From Camelus ferus (Eukaryota), in contig NC_045713.1 in assembly GCF_009834535.1 (NCBI RefSeq), positions 21,824,001 through 21,888,000 of the forward strand: DNA of 64,000 nucleotides. Reading direction: 5' to 3'. Every line of letters starts with the position of its first letter. The first letter of the stretch is position 1. Below, one piece after another: positions 63,080 to 64,000 of the stretch. Both the position numbers and the translations under genes were made by a program. The notes beneath the pieces were generated by a model that worked only from the letters and a program-made list of their open reading frames with translations, searched no databases and was not told the origin of the DNA.

Positions 63080-64000
63080 CCTGTGCATCAAAAGACACTC
63101 AAAAGAATGAAAATGCAGCCCACGAAATGGGAGACAGTATTTGCAAGTCAAATATCTGATAAGGGANNNNNNNNNNNNNNNNNNNNNNNNNNNNNNNNNN
63201 NNNNNNNNNNNNNNNNNNNNNNNNNNNNNNNNNNNNNNNNNNNNNNNNNNNNNNNNNNNNNNNNNNNNNNNNNNNNNNNNNNNNNNNNNNNNNNNNNNNN
63301 NNNNNNNNNNNNNNNNNNNNNNNNGAGAAACGCACATCAAAATCACAATGAGATACCACCTCACATCCATCAGATAGTTTTTATAAAACAAAACCCAGAA
63401 AATAACCTGTATTGGTAAAGATGTGGAGAAATCAGAACCTTTGTGCACTGATGGTGGGAATGGAAAATGGTGTAGCCACCATGGAAAACAATAATGGTAA
63501 TTCCTCAAAGAATTGAACACAGAATTAGCATGTAATCCAAAAATTCCACTTCAGGTTTGTACCTCAAAAAAGTATAAGCAGGGAATTAAATATGTATGTA
63601 TCTGCACACCTGTGTTCACTGCAGCATTAATCACAATTGTCAAACGTTGGATACAACCCAAGTGTCCATCAATGGAAGAATGAATAAGCAAAATGAGGTC
63701 CATCCACACAACAAAATATTATTCAACCTTAAAAACGAAGGAAAGTCTGACACATGTTACAACATGGATGAACCTTGAAGACATTACACTCCATAAAATA
63801 AGACAGATGCAAGAGGACACATCCTGTTTGATTCCACTCCTATGAGGCCCAAAGAGCATTCGGATTTAGAGACAAGAAAGGAGATTAGAGGTTGCCTTGG
63901 GCTAGAGGAGGGGTGGGGAATTAGTGCGTGGGGACAGGTGTCAGTTGGGAAAAGGAAAAAGTTACGGAAAGTAAACTCATTACTCATGATTTCAACTTCA
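63080..64000 (+). mobile_element. LINE-1 ORF2 3' end / 3' UTR remnant in RAB40C intron 1
   Basis: Degenerate ORF2 C-terminal motifs (KRMKMQPTKWETVFA; IKITMRYHL) and L1 3' motifs (CAATTCCACTTCAGG, CAAGTGTCCATCAATGGAAGAATGAATAAGC, ACATGGATGAACCTTGAAGACATTA). Confidence 0.9.
63167..63324. other. Assembly gap (158 N) inside the L1
   Basis: Run of N. Confidence 0.99.

Overview
This is a GC-rich, extremely gene-dense mammalian window syntenic with human 16p13.3. Gene order: 3' end of WDR24 (+), JMJD8 (+), STUB1/CHIP (-), an unnamed 5-exon gene divergent from STUB1 (+), RHBDL1 (-), RHOT2/Miro2 (-), WDR90 (-), MCRIP2/FAM195A (-), tRNA-Gly(CCC) (+), METTL26 (+), WFIKKN1 (-), and RAB40C exons 2-6 (-). 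L1 3' ends resemble, from memory, camelid L1s, so the species is probably a camelid artiodactyl; two N-gaps indicate a draft assembly. Hand-spliced exon sums give expected lengths: STUB1 303 aa, RHBDL1 373 aa, METTL26 204 aa, WFIKKN1 548 aa. The most interesting element is the gene at 5596-6870, head-to-head with STUB1. It encodes a ~231-aa helix-hairpin-helix (HhH-GPD/DNA-glycosylase-like) protein with a C-terminal NLS. Exons 2-5 are intact, but exon 1 has a frameshift just after the ATG and a GT->AT donor change that also creates a stop. It is therefore a recent unitary pseudogene or an assembly artefact; the syntenic human locus is, as I recall, annotated only as a lncRNA (STUB1-DT). Other points: a JMJD8/STUB1 antisense overlap, three GC-AG introns and one GAG acceptor in RHOT2/WDR90, a CACGTGAC cluster plus RFX half-sites at the WDR90 promoter, an upstream in-frame ATG in STUB1, and small local duplications. 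Gene names come from recognising translated sequences, not from database searches.
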